64,000 bases of DNA, from NCBI GenBank assembly GCA_964016885.1, contig OZ024740.1, positions 217,682,001-217,746,000 of the forward strand, written 5' to 3'. This document shows, piece after piece, positions 1-17,829 of this stretch (position 1 is its first letter; each line of letters begins with the position of its first letter). Origin of the DNA: Eledone cirrhosa. Its lineage: Eukaryota. Both the position numbers and the translations under genes were made by a program. The notes beneath the pieces were generated by a model. That model was not told the DNA's origin. It did not search any database and was given only the letters and a program-made list of their open reading frames with translations.

Positions 1-170
1 TTTGGGCGAGATTTCAATGTGTCATGGAAAAATATTTTAGGGAAAATCTACAAGAATTGTATTGAAACCTGATTGAAGAAATTACCATTAATTCATTAAC
101 ATTTTCACTAACAAAGTATACATTGTCTAATCTTATGTTATAAATTGTTTACAAATCATTGTTTGTAAAC

Positions 171-510
171 ACATTGATTGACATGTGCAGGAAATTACTT
201 TCAAATATAAATAACTTGGGAATTTGTTTCCCAAGCTATTGTAAAGGTGGCACCCACATTGATTGACATGTGCAGGAAATTACTTTCAAATATAAATAAC
301 TTGGGAATTTGTTTCCCAAGCTATGGTAAAGGTGGCACCCACATCTTCAAGGATATTTCGGGGTAAATGCTGGTTTCTTCACCCACATTGATTGACATGT
401 GCAGGAAATTACTTTCAAATATAAATAACTTGGGAATTTGTTTCCCAAGCTATGGTAAAGGTGGCACCCACATCTTCAAGGATATTTCGGGGTAAATGCT
501 GGTTTCTTCA
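171..510 (+). repeat. Triplicated ~85-130 bp promoter module upstream of gene copy 1
   Basis: acattgattgacatgtgcaggaaattactttc...cttgggaatttgtttcccaag...ggtggcaccc occurs at ~171, ~255 and ~385; single copy in the paralogous promoters (~39035, ~52508). Confidence 0.9.
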
Positions 511-596
511 ATGTAAAAATAAATTCAAAAGAAGTGAAAGTGAATAAATTAATGTTGTTTAATTAATTAATTCAGTTGATCACGTTGAACAGGGAT

Positions 597-604
597 TATA
601 TAAA
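597..604 (+). promoter_or_regulatory. Putative TATA box of gene copy 1
   Basis: TATATAAA ~100 nt upstream of the ATG; conserved at 52735-52742 in copy 3, TATATGAA in copy 2. Confidence 0.55.
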
Positions 605-704
605 GCGTTCGTCTTAGACATTTGTTAAACCTGTCCTTGTTTCGATAAAATAAAGATAACGACCATCACAATTCTACAACAGGAAGATAAACCAACTGAC
701 CACC

Positions 705-4790
<4,086 letters not shown>

Positions 4791-4975
4791 AGAACACAAC
4801 AGGCTGCTTTCTGATTCGGGATAATTATGTTTCTGAATAATAATTGCAATTTTTGTGAATAATAATTGTAAATTTTGTAAATAATAATTTAAATATTTTT
4901 TTAATAAAATAAACAAACATACAACAACAATTTATTGTTTTCCTAGATTCTTCTTCTTGTTCTTCTTATTAATAT

Positions 4976-7683
4976 TGGTCTAATCGGACGACTTTTTGCT
5001 CGCTTCTGTAAGTCTCCTTATTTACCTGCCATAATTATTTATTGTTAAATTTTTGTTGTTGTGTAAAGGATATAAGCCCTTGGACTTTGCCCTGTCAAGG
5101 GAAAAGTACAATATTCGAACCTTTTACATTTAAAAATTATCGAAAAAAAAACATGGCTGAGCCATGCGCCCAGCGATATGTCTGCTGACGTGCGACAACG
5201 ACGAACAAGTTGAGAGGAGGGTTACGCCGAACACAGAAATTGATACAACAAACACCACCACAAACAACGTGAACACAGACAGCGATGACAAGAAGATTGA
5301 GAACACTAATAAAAAGAAAATGGCCACACAAACCACAACAGTAACAGCGACAACCAAAATACAGACAACAGAAAAAATGACAACAAATGCAACAACAATA
5401 TTAACACCACTAACATGAAAACAAATAGCGACAACACCAACACCAATGATACAAATTGTACCGAGAACAACAACAACGGCAGAACCAAAGACACAACCAA
5501 CTGCAACAGTGATAACAGCAACAACACCAACAACATCATTTGTAGCAACAGCAACAGCACAAACAATAAGACCAGTAGCAGCAGTAGTGGCGGCAACAAT
5601 GATGATAAAGGGACCAGCTCTTTTCCAAAGGTGGCTCGCAACGTAGAAACGGTCTTGGTTACAGAGGAGGAGATGGCGGTCGCAAGACACATGGTAACCA
5701 GAACTGAATTTTCAGTGTCCTTGATACCACCAACCGACTTCCTGGGGGAACAAGAGCGACGCACAGTGTCATACCGCACGATTGCCACGAAATCGCGTCG
5801 TGAGGAGAGAGTCTCGGAGGCCCAAATCCAGAAGGCCTTGGGAAATGTGTGATCACGGTAAACCCACATCACCTGTGGCAAGAAATATGCTACTGTGGAC
5901 CTTCTTTTTGCTACCACCAGGAAGCAAAATCACACTCACTGAGGACCTTACGAAGTGATGAGATAATGTTAGTCCCGTTTTACTGCGGGAAAATAAATTG
6001 CAACGGTCAGGATAACCCAGGTTCCGCCCTACGTACCCATGCCTTGGCTGGTCGTGTCTGTTCTTGCAGGAACAGAAGTGGAGGAGAGAGGACTGGTCAG
6101 GTATTGGAATGGAGATGCTTATCCCAACCGACCAGGATTGCATCAGCGCTATTCCCGACGTTATAGACCTATGGAATGGCTCCCAACTTCCCATATCTGT
6201 AGAAGGCAGGTGCCCAAAGTGTTTCAACTATGGATTGAAGTTTCACCTCAAGGCCTTCTGCCCAGAGAAAATAACAAAGGCGAAGTTTCCGCCGCCACAA
6301 CCCCTTCCAACGCCGGAACCGCTGCCATCAGAAACAGAGCAGTCAGCGAAAATGTCAGGAGCTTCCACAGAGAGTAGGAAGACAACGTCCGTGGCACCCA
6401 CACCAAATCCACGGACAACAAAAGCAGCGGCGGCAGCTGCAGTATCAGAACCAGGCTCCACCATCACAAACAACAACGCGCTTTTTGTGGAAGGGACGTG
6501 CACCCATGGTCAGACGATCCATTTGCTGTCAACACCCGTTGCGTGGAGGACTAGTCTTGCCGTGGCTGATGATGTGCAAACATACGCTGGGGCTGCGACA
6601 TCTCTGGTGCTTCCTTGACGGTGAACAGGTGTGGTCGCCGTTAGCCAGACGCGCTTTTCCCCATCTCGTCTTCTTGATGGAGCTGCAGTCCTGGAAAAGA
6701 CCGAGGGATAGCGCTTGGAAGTTGGAATGTCTTCAGGCGCTCACCACCCTCTACCAGCTGGGCACTGATATCAGTAGGACAGCCACCTCGGCGTTCTATA
6801 GCGGGCTAGTGGAAGTGAAGTGTGACAACGTTCTCCGGGAGACCCTGGGCCCGAAGACGATCAGCTGTTCGCTCTCTTCAAGAGAACTTTCAGCCCGGGG
6901 TCTTTGGACAACTTCCAGAAATCCTTGGCCTGGTAGTGCCACCGGGGAGCGTTGCCGGTTCGGGATAAGCTCTACAGGCACGGAGGTGCTGTCAGCTGAG
7001 CCTGTGTGAGATGCGCGCAGGGCGACGAAACCGCCCTGCACGCACTCGTTCTATGCCCGAGGATTGCTGACTTGTGGAGCTATGTCAAACATTTGCTGTC
7101 GCGTGTGGGACATAACCGGTTATCGTCTGAGTTCATTGTGCAGATAGCCCCTCCAGGAAGGACATGTAGTTTTCATCTGCCTGGTGACCATGGCGAAAGA
7201 GATTGTGTGGTGGACAAGGTTGAAAGGGTTGAAGACGCACACTTTCCTCTCCGGCCAATCCCTTATTAACTTCTTCAAGTTTCACTTGAAGAGGAAAATC
7301 AGGGTGGAGAGGCAAGTGCTGTCTTCTAGTAAGTTTGTTGAAAGGGGGGTGAAAGTGGCGAGTTTGCTCCGAGAAAACGGGCCCGCTCTGAGTATGCACC
7401 TGTAGACTGAGGAGTGGGACAACTGAGAGAGGGCGCTTGCCCTGGTAGTCAGGGTGGCCGTGGTCTTTTGTGTGGTTTTCGCCACGAGTAACCCTCGGAC
7501 GTTTCCCATCTTTTGGGGAATTTTTGTTGTTTTAATTTTTTTATTTGTTTTTATACGTTTCCGTCTTGTTATAACCTTTTTACACGGCCAAAACCCACTT
7601 TGTATTGTCCTGTACCGTTCTCAGCCCTCTGTATTGTTTTTCCTCATGTTAGCGCTTGTGGCCAATAAAAAACCATTATTATT
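4976..7683 (+). mobile_element. Tx1/L1-clade non-LTR retrotransposon, internally deleted (ORF1 fused to 3' part of ORF2)
   Basis: ORF1 remnants with zinc knuckle CPKCFNYGLKFHLKAFC; jump at ~6478 into ORF2 C-terminus (LWKGRAPMVRRSICCQHP); AATAAA then (ATT)n; same insertion as 43231. Confidence 0.85.
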
Positions 7684-9248
7684 GCAGCCTCATACATTCA
7701 GGACGTATCGGAGGGTTCTTGCTGTTTCCAGCAAGCATGCCTTTTGAAGAGTTCCAAAAGGCGGGGCTGGACTAATCTTCTTTAACCATCCCTGGAAACT
7801 CTTTGAGATAGTACCTAGTGCGCCTATGACAATCGGAACGACCTTGACTTCATGGCAGTTCCAAATCCTTTTTACCTCCCACTTTAAGTCCTGGTATCGG
7901 TTAATTTTCTCCCTCTCCTTTTCTTGCACTCTCGTGTCAAATGGGCAGGCTACATCTACAAGCAGGCACGATCTTTTTTCCTTGTCCAAAACCACCAGGT
8001 CAGGCCTATTGTGTTCTAATTTCTGTATCCTAAAATCCTAAAATCCCATAGCACCTTCACCTGATTGTTTTCTATCACCGACTCTGGCTTATGCTCATAT
8101 CACTTCTCAGGATGTGTTAAATTATTTATTTTGCATAGATGCCAGTGGATCACCCTGCCTATCACATCATGTCTCCAGCCTTTATAGTGAGTCTGTGCTA
8201 GGTGTTTACACTCGGATACAATGTGAGCGACAGTCTCCTCTCTCTCTCCACAGATCCTACACAGTGCGCTAGCCTCCTCCTTGTCAATATGGTGCTTCAC
8301 CCATTTTGTTCTGAGGGCTTGCTCTTGCGCAGCCATTAGCATTCCTTCTGTAGCTTTTTTAAGGTCTCCTATTTTTAACCAGTTCCATGTCTGTGGATCT
8401 CTAAATTCAGTTTTCTTAAAGAAGGTACTATGAAGGGATTTTTCATGAAGGTTGCTCTTCCTCCTCGTTGTTATTTCCTCCTTGGACATCCCCTGGTCTA
8501 TTGTCTCCTCCTTCAGTACAATTTTGAGCATTGGCTCCCTACTGTCAGTCACGTATTTGTACAGGTTGTTTTTCTCCCTCTGAACACAGTCCTTTATGCT
8601 GATAAGACCTCTTCCACCTTCAGAGCTCTTTAAGTAGAGTCTATCTACATCACTCCTCTTGTGGAACATGTTGTAGATAGTCAATAGCTTCCTAGTCTTC
8701 TATCCATTTCTTTTTGTTCAGCAACATTCCATTTCAGAATTCCCGCACTGTACCTAATAATAGACACAGCTCGGGAATTCACTGCACTTATGACATTCCT
8801 ACTATTTAGACATGATTTTAATACGTTCCTTACTCTCCGAATGTACTCAGATCTTCTCAATTCCTTCATGTTTTTGTTCTTGATGTCTTCTTCCTCCAGA
8901 ACACCTAAATATTTGTATCCCTCTTCAGTGTCAATTTCCTTTATCATCTCACCTGTTGGTACCTGTATTCCCTTGCTTCTGCTCAATTTACCCCTCTTTA
9001 TCAAAGGGATTCCACACTTAATACCAAATTCCATACATATATCATGCCTAGAGATCATCAAGGTGACAGATAACATCAGACAGTTGTTGAGCAAAAGTAT
9101 GAAGTCCTGGGAAATAGAGTTAACATCGGGTGGAGAATCCTTGGGAGGCGTGAAGATCAAGAGAGGTATCTTCCAGCCAGGGAGATAGTTTGTCCCCTTT
9201 GCTGTTTATCCTTGCCTTGATACCCCTGACCGTTATATTGCTCAGGGT
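7684..9248 (-). mobile_element. R4/Dong-like (RLE-type) non-LTR retrotransposon fragment with inverted 5' segment
   Basis: Minus-strand CRICGEREETVAHIVSEC, RPDLVV..VDVACP..KINRY RLE motifs; 9045-9248 encodes upstream RT (GIFQGDSLSPLLF) on the plus strand. Confidence 0.85.
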
Positions 9249-10706
9249 CTGGAGCGAGGTAACGAGCAAGTTGGCCTCCCTCACTCAGAAATTGGCTGAG
9301 AGGAAGCTGTCCCTGAAAGGCCGGGCGGAGGTGGCGAATACGTACATCACATCCGTCATTTGCTACCGTCGTCCCTTGCCCCGGCCCGACTCTCACCAAA
9401 ATGGAGTGCCTCCTCTTCCACTTTTTGTGCAAGGGACGCGCTCCCATGGTCAGACGATCCATCTGCTGTCAACAGCCGTTGCGTGGAGGACTGGGCATGC
9501 CATGTCTGATGATGCGCAAACATGCGCTGAGACTGCGAGATCTCTGGTGCTTCCTTGACGGTGAAGAGGTGTGGTTGCCGTTCGCCAGGCACGTTTTCCC
9601 ACAGCTCGTCTCCTTGACGGAGCTGCAGTCCTGGGTCAGGAAAAGACCGAGCGATAGCGCTTGGAAACTGGAATGTCTCCAGGCGCTCACTGCCCTCTGC
9701 CAGGTGGGCACCAGTATCGGTGGAACATCCACCTCGGCGTTCTATAGAGGACTAGTGGAGGGGAAGGGCGACGACGTTCTCGGAGAGATCCTGGGCGTCG
9801 AAGAAGATCAGCTGTTTGCTCTCTTCCGGAGAACTTTCAGCCAAAGGCCTATGGATAACTTCCAAAAATATCTGGCCTGGCCGTGCCACCGGGGAGCGTT
9901 GCCGGTTCTAGATAAGCTCTACAGGCACGGAAGTGCCGTCAGCCGAGCCTGTCCGAGATGCGCGCAGAGCGACGAAACAGTCGTGCACGCACTCGTTCAG
10001 TGCCCGAGCATTGCTGACTTGTGGAGCTATATCGAACAGTTGCTGTCGCGTGTAGGACTGATCCGGTTGTCGACTGAGTCCATTGTGCAGATGGTCACGC
10101 CGTCTTCCTTCGAGGAGAAAGAGTAGGCGGTTTTCATCTGCCTGGTGGCCATGGCGAAAGAGATTGTGTGGTGGACAAGGTTGAAAGGGTTAAATACAGA
10201 TACTTTCCTCTTCGGCGAATCCCTAATTAACTTTTTCAAGTTTCACTTGAAGAGGAAAATCAGGGTGGAGAGACAAGTGGAGAGACAAGTGGAGAGACAA
10301 GTGGAGAGACAAGTTTGTTGAAAGGTGGGTGAATGTAGCGAGAATGGTCCGAGTGAACAGGACCGCTCTGAATATACGCCTGTAGTTTGAGAGATGGAAA
10401 CATTGAGAGAGGGCGCTTGCCCTGGTGGTCAGGGTGGTCGTGGTCATTTGTGTGGTTTTCGCCACGCGTAACCCTCGGAGGTTTCCCCCCTATTTGGGAA
10501 TTTTTCATTGTTTCAATTTTCATTTTTATTGTTTATATATATATATGTTTCTATGTCTTTTTCTTTTTCTTTTCTTATATAAATAATAAAATCTTTACAC
10601 GAACAAAACCCATATCGTACCGTCCTGTACCGTCCTGTGGCGTCTGTAATGTTTTTCTTGATGTCAGCCCTTGTGGCCAATAAAGAAATTATTATTATTA
10701 TTATTA
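9249..10706 (+). mobile_element. 5'-truncated Tx1-like element
   Basis: ORF2 C-terminus (LSLKGRAEVAN, CPRCAQSDETVVHALVQC), 3' UTR, AATAAA, (ATT)n tail; (GTGGAGAGACAA)x4 at ~10265-10312. Confidence 0.85.
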
Positions 10707-10708
10707 TT

Positions 10709-11610
10709 GTTCTTTGAATCTCAGTCATTGATGTTAGTTAACTGTAAAGTTTGTTGAAATGAATACCAAGCCACTACCTGCAGCCTCAGATATTCAGGAC
10801 GTATCGGAGGGTTCTTGCTGTTCCCAGCAAGCATGCCTTTTGAAGCGTTCCAAAAAGTGTGGCAGGGCCAATTTTCTTTAACCATCCCTGGAAACTTTTT
10901 GAGATAGTACCTAGTGCGCCTATGACAATCGGGACCACTTTGACCTCATGGCAGTTCCAAATCCTTTTTACCTCCCACTATAAGTCCTGGTATCGGTTAA
11001 TTTTCTCCCTCTCCTTCTCTTGCACTCTCGTGTCGAATGGGCAGGCCACATCCACAATCAGGCACGATTTTTTTCCTTGTCCCAAACCACCAGGTCAGGC
11101 CTATTGTGTTCCAGTTTTTTGTCCGTCTGTATCCTAAAATCCCACAGCACCTTCACCTGATCGTTTTCTATCACCGACTCTGGCTTATGCTCATACCACT
11201 TCTCAGAATGTGGTAAATTGTTTACTTTGCATAGGTGCCAGTGGATCACCCTGCCCATCACATCATGTCTCCTGCCCTTATAGTGAGTATGGGCTAGGTG
11301 TTTACACTCGGATACAATGTGAGCCACAGTCTCCTCTCTCTCTCCACAGATCCTGCACAGTGGGCTAGCCTCCTCCTTGTAAATATGGTGTTTCAACCAC
11401 TTCGTTTTGAGGGCCTGCTCTTGCGCAGCCATTAGCATTACTTCTGTAGCCTTTTTAAGTTCTCCTCTTTTCAAGCAGTTCCATGTCTGTGGGTCTCTGA
11501 ATTCAGTTTTCTCAAAGAAGGTACTATGAAGGGATTTTTCATAAAGGCTGCTCTTTCTCCTTGTTGTTATTTCCTCCTTGGACATACCCTGGTCCATTGT
11601 CCTCTCCTTC
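10709..11610 (-). mobile_element. ~900-bp 3' fragment of R4/Dong-like element flanked by (ATT)n
   Basis: CCHC knuckle and RLE motifs; nearly identical to 17830-18732. Confidence 0.85.
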
Positions 11611-11653
<43 letters not shown>

Positions 11654-11816
11654 GTTCTTTGAATCTCAGTCATTGATGTTAGTTAACTGGAAAGTTTGTT
11701 GAAATGAATATCAAGCCACTACCTGCAGCCTCAGATATTCAGGATGTATCGGAGGGTTCTTGCTGTTCCCAGAAAGCATGCCTTTTGAAGCGTTCCAAAA
11801 AGCGGGGCGGGGTCAA
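11654..11816 (-). mobile_element. Short 3' fragment of the same R4/Dong-like family
   Basis: Matches 10709-10870; (ATT)n on both sides. Confidence 0.8.
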
Positions 11817-11849
<33 letters not shown>

Positions 11850-14800
11850 GAATGCTATGGTTGACGGAGGCTCGGCTCTGTAAGATATTGTAAATTTTGA
11901 ACGCTATAACAATTGTAAATTGTTTAAAACTTTAACGAACTTGTAGACAAAAACACCCTCCTCCTCGTGAGAGGGGTCTTTCTGCCCGTTATTTGGCCCT
12001 TCGGGGTTAAATAACTGCTTATTGGGGTTTTGTGCCCAATATTTATTTTAAACAAAAAAAAACAACATGGCTACGAAAAATAATTTTCATAGGTCACTCC
12101 CACTCATTCCGTCTTCTTCTTCCTCAATCATCACTACAGCAGAGAGAAGATTGTCTCTCTCCCTCCCTTCTTTAAATGTGTCTCTCTCCCTCCCTTCTCT
12201 TTCGCAAGCGACGACAGAAAAGAAAAGTCTCGTGCAAAGCGTGCAAGATTTCTCCACGATGACAACGACGAAACAGGTGTGCGGGAAATACGAAAATCCA
12301 TTTCATTCGTCTGACGTCAGGAATAATAGCAGTAGCAGCCGTAATAACAACAGCAACAGTGACAATGAAAACAATAGTAGCAGCCGCAACAGCATCACCA
12401 GCAGCATAAACAACAACAGCATTAGCAGCAGCAACACCAACAACAACCACAGCAACAGCGGCGGAGGCAGTAGTCGTAGTACCTGCAGCAACAACAAAAG
12501 TAACAGCAGCTCTGACGACAACAACAACAACAGCAGCAAAGAAAAACCAATCTCGTTTGCAGGTATCGCGAAGAACCTGGAAACAATCCTCATAACAAAT
12601 GAGGAATTAGAGGAAGCGAAGAAGATGGTGACAAAGACTGGACACCGAGCAATCTGCAAGGCAGCGAAAACATTTTTCGAAACCCAACAGCACTGTACGG
12701 TCACGTACCGTACAGTAAGTACAAAATCCCGTAGGGTTGAAAGAGCCACAGAGGCTCAAATACAAAAAGCCTTGGGGTCTGTGTGGCAGCGGAAAACGCA
12801 CATCACCCGAGGCAAAAAATATGCCACCGTAGACGTACTTTTTGCCACACCCCAGGAGGCAAAGGCTCAATCCGTAGTGACCCTAAGGAGCGAGGAAATG
12901 GTGTTGGTGCCCTCATACTGCGGGCAAAAAATTGTGAGGGTCAACCAACCCACGTCCCCCCCGGGATAGCCCCTTCTTGGCTGGCCGCGTCTGTCCTCGT
13001 CGGAATCGAGGACAAAACAACTGTACTGCAAGTACAGAAAAAACTAAGAGAAGATTGGGTCGGCACCTCCATTGAGATGTTAATCCAAACCAACCAGGAG
13101 TGCATCGAAGCTATCCCGGATGTGATAGACTTCGATAACGGCACTCAACTGCCCATAAGTGTTGAGGGCAAACGCCCGAAATGCTTTCGCTGTGGATCGA
13201 AGACTCACCTCAGGGCCTTCTGCAACGAGAAGACCCTGAGAAAGGAGAAAACCCCCCTCCTTCCGAAACTGGCTCCACGGCTACCAGCAACAGGACAAGC
13301 GGCAACCAGGAACGATAGGTCCGTGGCACCCATACCCACGCCACGGAAATCAAAAACAGCAGCAGCAGCGGAAATATTAACAACAACAACAGCAATACCA
13401 AATGCAGCTGCAACAGAGACTCCAGTGCAAACATCACCAACAACAACAAGTGAAAGAGTGGAGCTGGTACCCCTCCCCGACCTCACAGAATCAGACATGG
13501 AATGTGCGGTGGGAGAGGAATGGCAAAAGGTCGTAAGAAGGCACAAACGCAGAAGCAGCGCATCGTCGCCTTTGAAAAGGGAGGAAAGAAATGAGAAAAG
13601 GGTAAAGTCTACTGCAAAGAGACTCACAGCAGCAACACCACCAACACCATCACCACCCACACTAGTACCACCATCACCACCGGCGAAAACCCCACCGCCA
13701 ACAACACCTTCAACACCACCACAACAAGCACCAACATCGCAAACACAACAACAAAACACACACACCCAGCAACAACGACAAGAAAATAGCAGAACCACAC
13801 CCCACCCCCAGAAAAACAAATGCATGGCAATAAATACACACAACAAGAAACTAATGACTTACATAATTGAACACACAGACATTTCACAACACGACTACAT
13901 AATACCAGCACCAATCAAAACGCCAACTAACATAAGACTGCTAAAAATAGCACAGAAACAATACACAAACATTAAAACGAATTCCCCAACGCAGTTGGTG
14001 ATTTCAGGGACCTAGGAGGAACTATCAATCGAAGAGTATATTCGGACATACTCATAGAAGAGCCGACGACCAGCCGAAGGGACGATTCAACGGTCCCTTC
14101 ACCAGACGATCAAGTGAAAAGGGATGTAAAAACCATCCCTCCTCTACGAAAAGTACGGTAAGTGGTCTTTCCCATCTTTTCCACTCTATTTTAAACATGA
14201 CCTCACTCAGAATAGGCAGCATAAATGCGCGTGGCTTGGGATCGTCATGGAAGCAGGGTCACCTGCTCAACGACCTCAGGTCACTAAACATAGATGTAGT
14301 GGCCATCAGCGAGACCAGAATCTCCGAAGCACGGGCCTTCGCACCCATCTTCGGCGGCTACGATGCGTACGCATCTCCCAGCCGTCCGGGATCGGGGGGA
14401 AGAGTTGCTGTGCTTTTTCGGAGAGGTTTGGATCTCGCCATACGGGCCATCTTCCTGGACCCAGAGGGTAAGCTGGTGGTGCTGGACGTGACCAGCGGAG
14501 ACGGGCAAGCTTTCAGGCTAGTGGCCGTCTATGCCCCGACAGGAGCAGGGCGGCCTGATTTCTTCTGGCGTCTGGAGACGTTTCTTGGAACGTCCCGCTC
14601 TTTAGTGTTAGTGGGCGACTGGAACGGGATCTTAGATGCACGCTGGGAGTGTGTGGGATTAGCGGATAGGGGTGGAGGGTGCAAGAGCCTCACCAACCTG
14701 CTCAGGCGTTTTGAACTGTCTGACAGGTACCGATTGGATTTCCCGAATGTGCCAATGTGGACTTGGACAAACCGCATAGGGGCAGCTAGATCATATCTAG

Positions 14801-17800
14801 ATAGAGTATTTTGTAGGGAAATAGATAGGTCTAGCATAGGCTGTCCACAATTCAAGATAGTCAGCTACACGGACCACAAATTCGTGATCTGTGTGCTTGA
14901 CTTAGATAGGCTTCATAGACGAGGACCCGGCTACTGGAAGCTAAACGCGTCCTTACCAGCGCGCAAGGCCTACAGAGACCGGATTAGCGAACTAGTTAAG
15001 CGGGCATTGACGGGGGCCATCGTCAACAACAAGTGGTGGTTTGCTCTGAAAAGAGCGATTAGAATAGAATCCATTAGGTTTAGTAAGGCTTTAGCAATAG
15101 AGAAAAATAGAGCAGAGGGAGAACTAGTTAGAAAATTAGACGAGGCGCTTAGCAAAGGCATTGCGACCGACGTGCTTGCGGCGAAATTGGCCCTTGACCA
15201 ATTCTTCAATGCAAAGCACGAAGGCTGCGTTGTCAGAGCAAGGGTGCGTGCTCTCAGACACGAGGGGACGAAAGCCGTTCAATGGGCCCGAGTGGCGGAG
15301 GCGCGTCGTGGCAACAAAGTCTTTGGTGAACCACGACGGGCGCATGCTACTCGATCCCGGGCAAATGTGTGAAGCTTTTCAGCGACACTTCGTTCAGCTG
15401 TTCGGGGGCAGCGGTGGGCCTGGTCGAGGGATGGACTTTAGTGTCTACCTCGACGGACTGCCGCGGCTCTCGGCCACTGAGGCGAAGTGTTGCGAAAAGC
15501 CGATAACAGCCGCTGAAGTAAGGGAGGCAATGACTGGCTGCACAAGGGGTAAATCGCCTGGTTTGGATGGTCTTCCCTATGAACTTTACGTACAGATGCC
15601 AGACTTGTTCGGAGGCCTCTTGGCGGACGTCTACTGCAACTGGCAACAGAACGGGAGAATTCCCAGTTCTGTGAGCCGAGGAGCGGTGGCACTGCTGAGA
15701 AAGGATCCGAACAAGGGGGATAACATAGATAATTTCCGGCCCATAACTCTGCTAAACACAGAGTTCAAGATTTTGGCCAAGGTGCTAGCAAAGAGGTTGG
15801 CGCTTGTCGTTGGTGGTCTGGAGGGAGAGGCGCAGACATGCGCCATTCCCGACAGATCCAACCACGACAACCTCCACCTCATGCGATACATCGTAGAGAG
15901 GGTAGCTAGGGAACCTGGCACGGGTGGGTCCTTGATCAATTTAGATCAGTCGAAAGATTTCGATAGGGTCGACCATCGTTACCTAGCGGCAGTCCTGAGG
16001 GAGGCTGGCTTTGGGCCCATCTTCAGAGGCTGGATCGCTGCCATGCACAGCGACATCTGCTCTGTGGTGAGAGTGAACGGTCACCTGTCAGAACCGTTCA
16101 ACATCATGCGCTCGGTCCGCCAAGGATGTCCCCTCTCGTCCTTCTTGTACGTATTGACTCTCGAGCCATTACTGCACAAACTGGAGACGTTGAGGGGCGT
16201 CCCGCGCGAACTAGGATGCGGAAGATCCGTGTCAGCATATCCGGACGATGTCACCGTAGTGGTGTCGAACGCCAAACACATCGAGGCGATCGGCACTACA
16301 CTAAGAGAATACGAAGCGGTGACAGGAGCAATGATCAACCAGGAAAAGTCAGTGGGCCTGCAGCTCGGCACCTGGCGAGGCAGGTCCATGCCGTCCAACA
16401 GCGTCGTCGGACGCTGGACGGACGGACCGGTTAAATTGCTAGGGGTCTGGTTCGGTCCGGACCTCCAGACGGACAAAAACTGGGACGAGGTGACGAGTAG
16501 GGTGGCTTCTCTCACCCAGAAATGGGCGGAGAGGAAGCTATCCCTGAAAGGTCGAGCGGAGGTGGCTAACGCGTACATCGCGTCTGTCATCTGCTACCGC
16601 CTGACCGTCGTACCTTGTCCTAAGCCTCGCCTGACTGCGCTGGAGCGTTTGCTCTTTCGCTTTTTGTGGAAGGGACGCGCTCCGATGGTCAGGCGGTCCA
16701 TCTGTTGTCAACACCCGCTATGTGGAGGAGTGGGCATGCCGTGGCTGATGATGTGCAGGCACGCGCTCAGGCTACGACATCTCCACCTCTTCCTCGACGG
16801 TGATCAGGTGTGGTCGCCGTTTGCTAGACACGTATTTCCCCAGCTCGTTTCCTTGACGGAGCTGCAGTCCTGGCTCAAGCGAAGACCGAGAGGGAGCGCC
16901 TGGAGACTGGAATGTCTTCAGGCGCTCACAGCCCTCGACCAATCGGGCAATGTGATCGGTGGAAACTCCACCTCGGGGTTCTATAGAGGATTAGTGGAGG
17001 GGAAGAGCGACGAACGTACTTGGGGAAACGCTAGGCGTCGACGAAAATCAACTAGCCAATCTCTTTGGAAGAACTTTCGGGCCGGGGCCTATGGACAACT
17101 TCCAGAAATCTCTGGCCTGGCAGTGCTACCGAGGAGCCTTGCCAGTTCGGGATAAACTCTATAGGCATGGAGGTGCCGTCAGCCGGGCATGTCCGAGATG
17201 CGCGCAGGGAGACGAAACCGTCCTGCACGCACTCGTCCAGTGTCCGAAAATTGCTGACTTGTGGGTTTATGTCGAACACCTGCTGTCGCGTTTAGGACGG
17301 ATCCGGCTATCATCTGAGTTCATCGTGAGGATTGCCCCACCCTCCTCCTTTAGCCGGGAAGGGCAAGCAGTTTTTATCTGTCTGGTGGCCATGGCGAAAG
17401 AGATAGTATGGTGGACACGTTTGATGCTCTGATTGACTTTTTCAAATTTCATTTGAAAAGGAAAATCAGAGTAGAGAGGGAAGTGCTCTCTTCCCAGCAT
17501 TTTGTTGAAAGATGGGTGAGAGAAGCAAGAATGGCCCGAGTGAATGGGCCTACTCTGAGTATATATCTGTAAATTAAAGGTGAAAAACTGGGAGAGGGCA
17601 CTTGCCTTGGTGGTCAGGGTCATTGTGGCCTTTTACTGGGCTTTCTGCACAAATGTCCCTCGGAAGTCTCCCCCTATTGGGGAATTTTTATTTGTTATTT
17701 TATTTCAACCTCTGTTTTTTTACACACAGAAATGCCCATTTGTACCGTCCTGTATTGTCCTGTACTGTCCTTAATGTATACTTTATGTAAACCCTTGTGG

Positions 17801-17829
17801 TTAATAAAGAAAACATTATTATTATTATT
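11850..17829 (+). mobile_element. Near full-length Tx1/L1-clade element (frameshifted ORF1 12067-~14160; ORF2 14197-~17571)
   Basis: ORF1 CFRCGSKTHLRAFC; APE motifs SINARG, SETR, GDWN, SYLDR, TDH; RT KSPGLDG, FRPITLL, QGCPLS, YPDD (degenerate YADD); C-terminal CPRC..H..C; (ATT)n at both ends. Confidence 0.9.

Noticed and set aside
171-510. CRISPR-like repeats
   Set aside because: Eukaryotic context, long tandem duplications and no unique spacers
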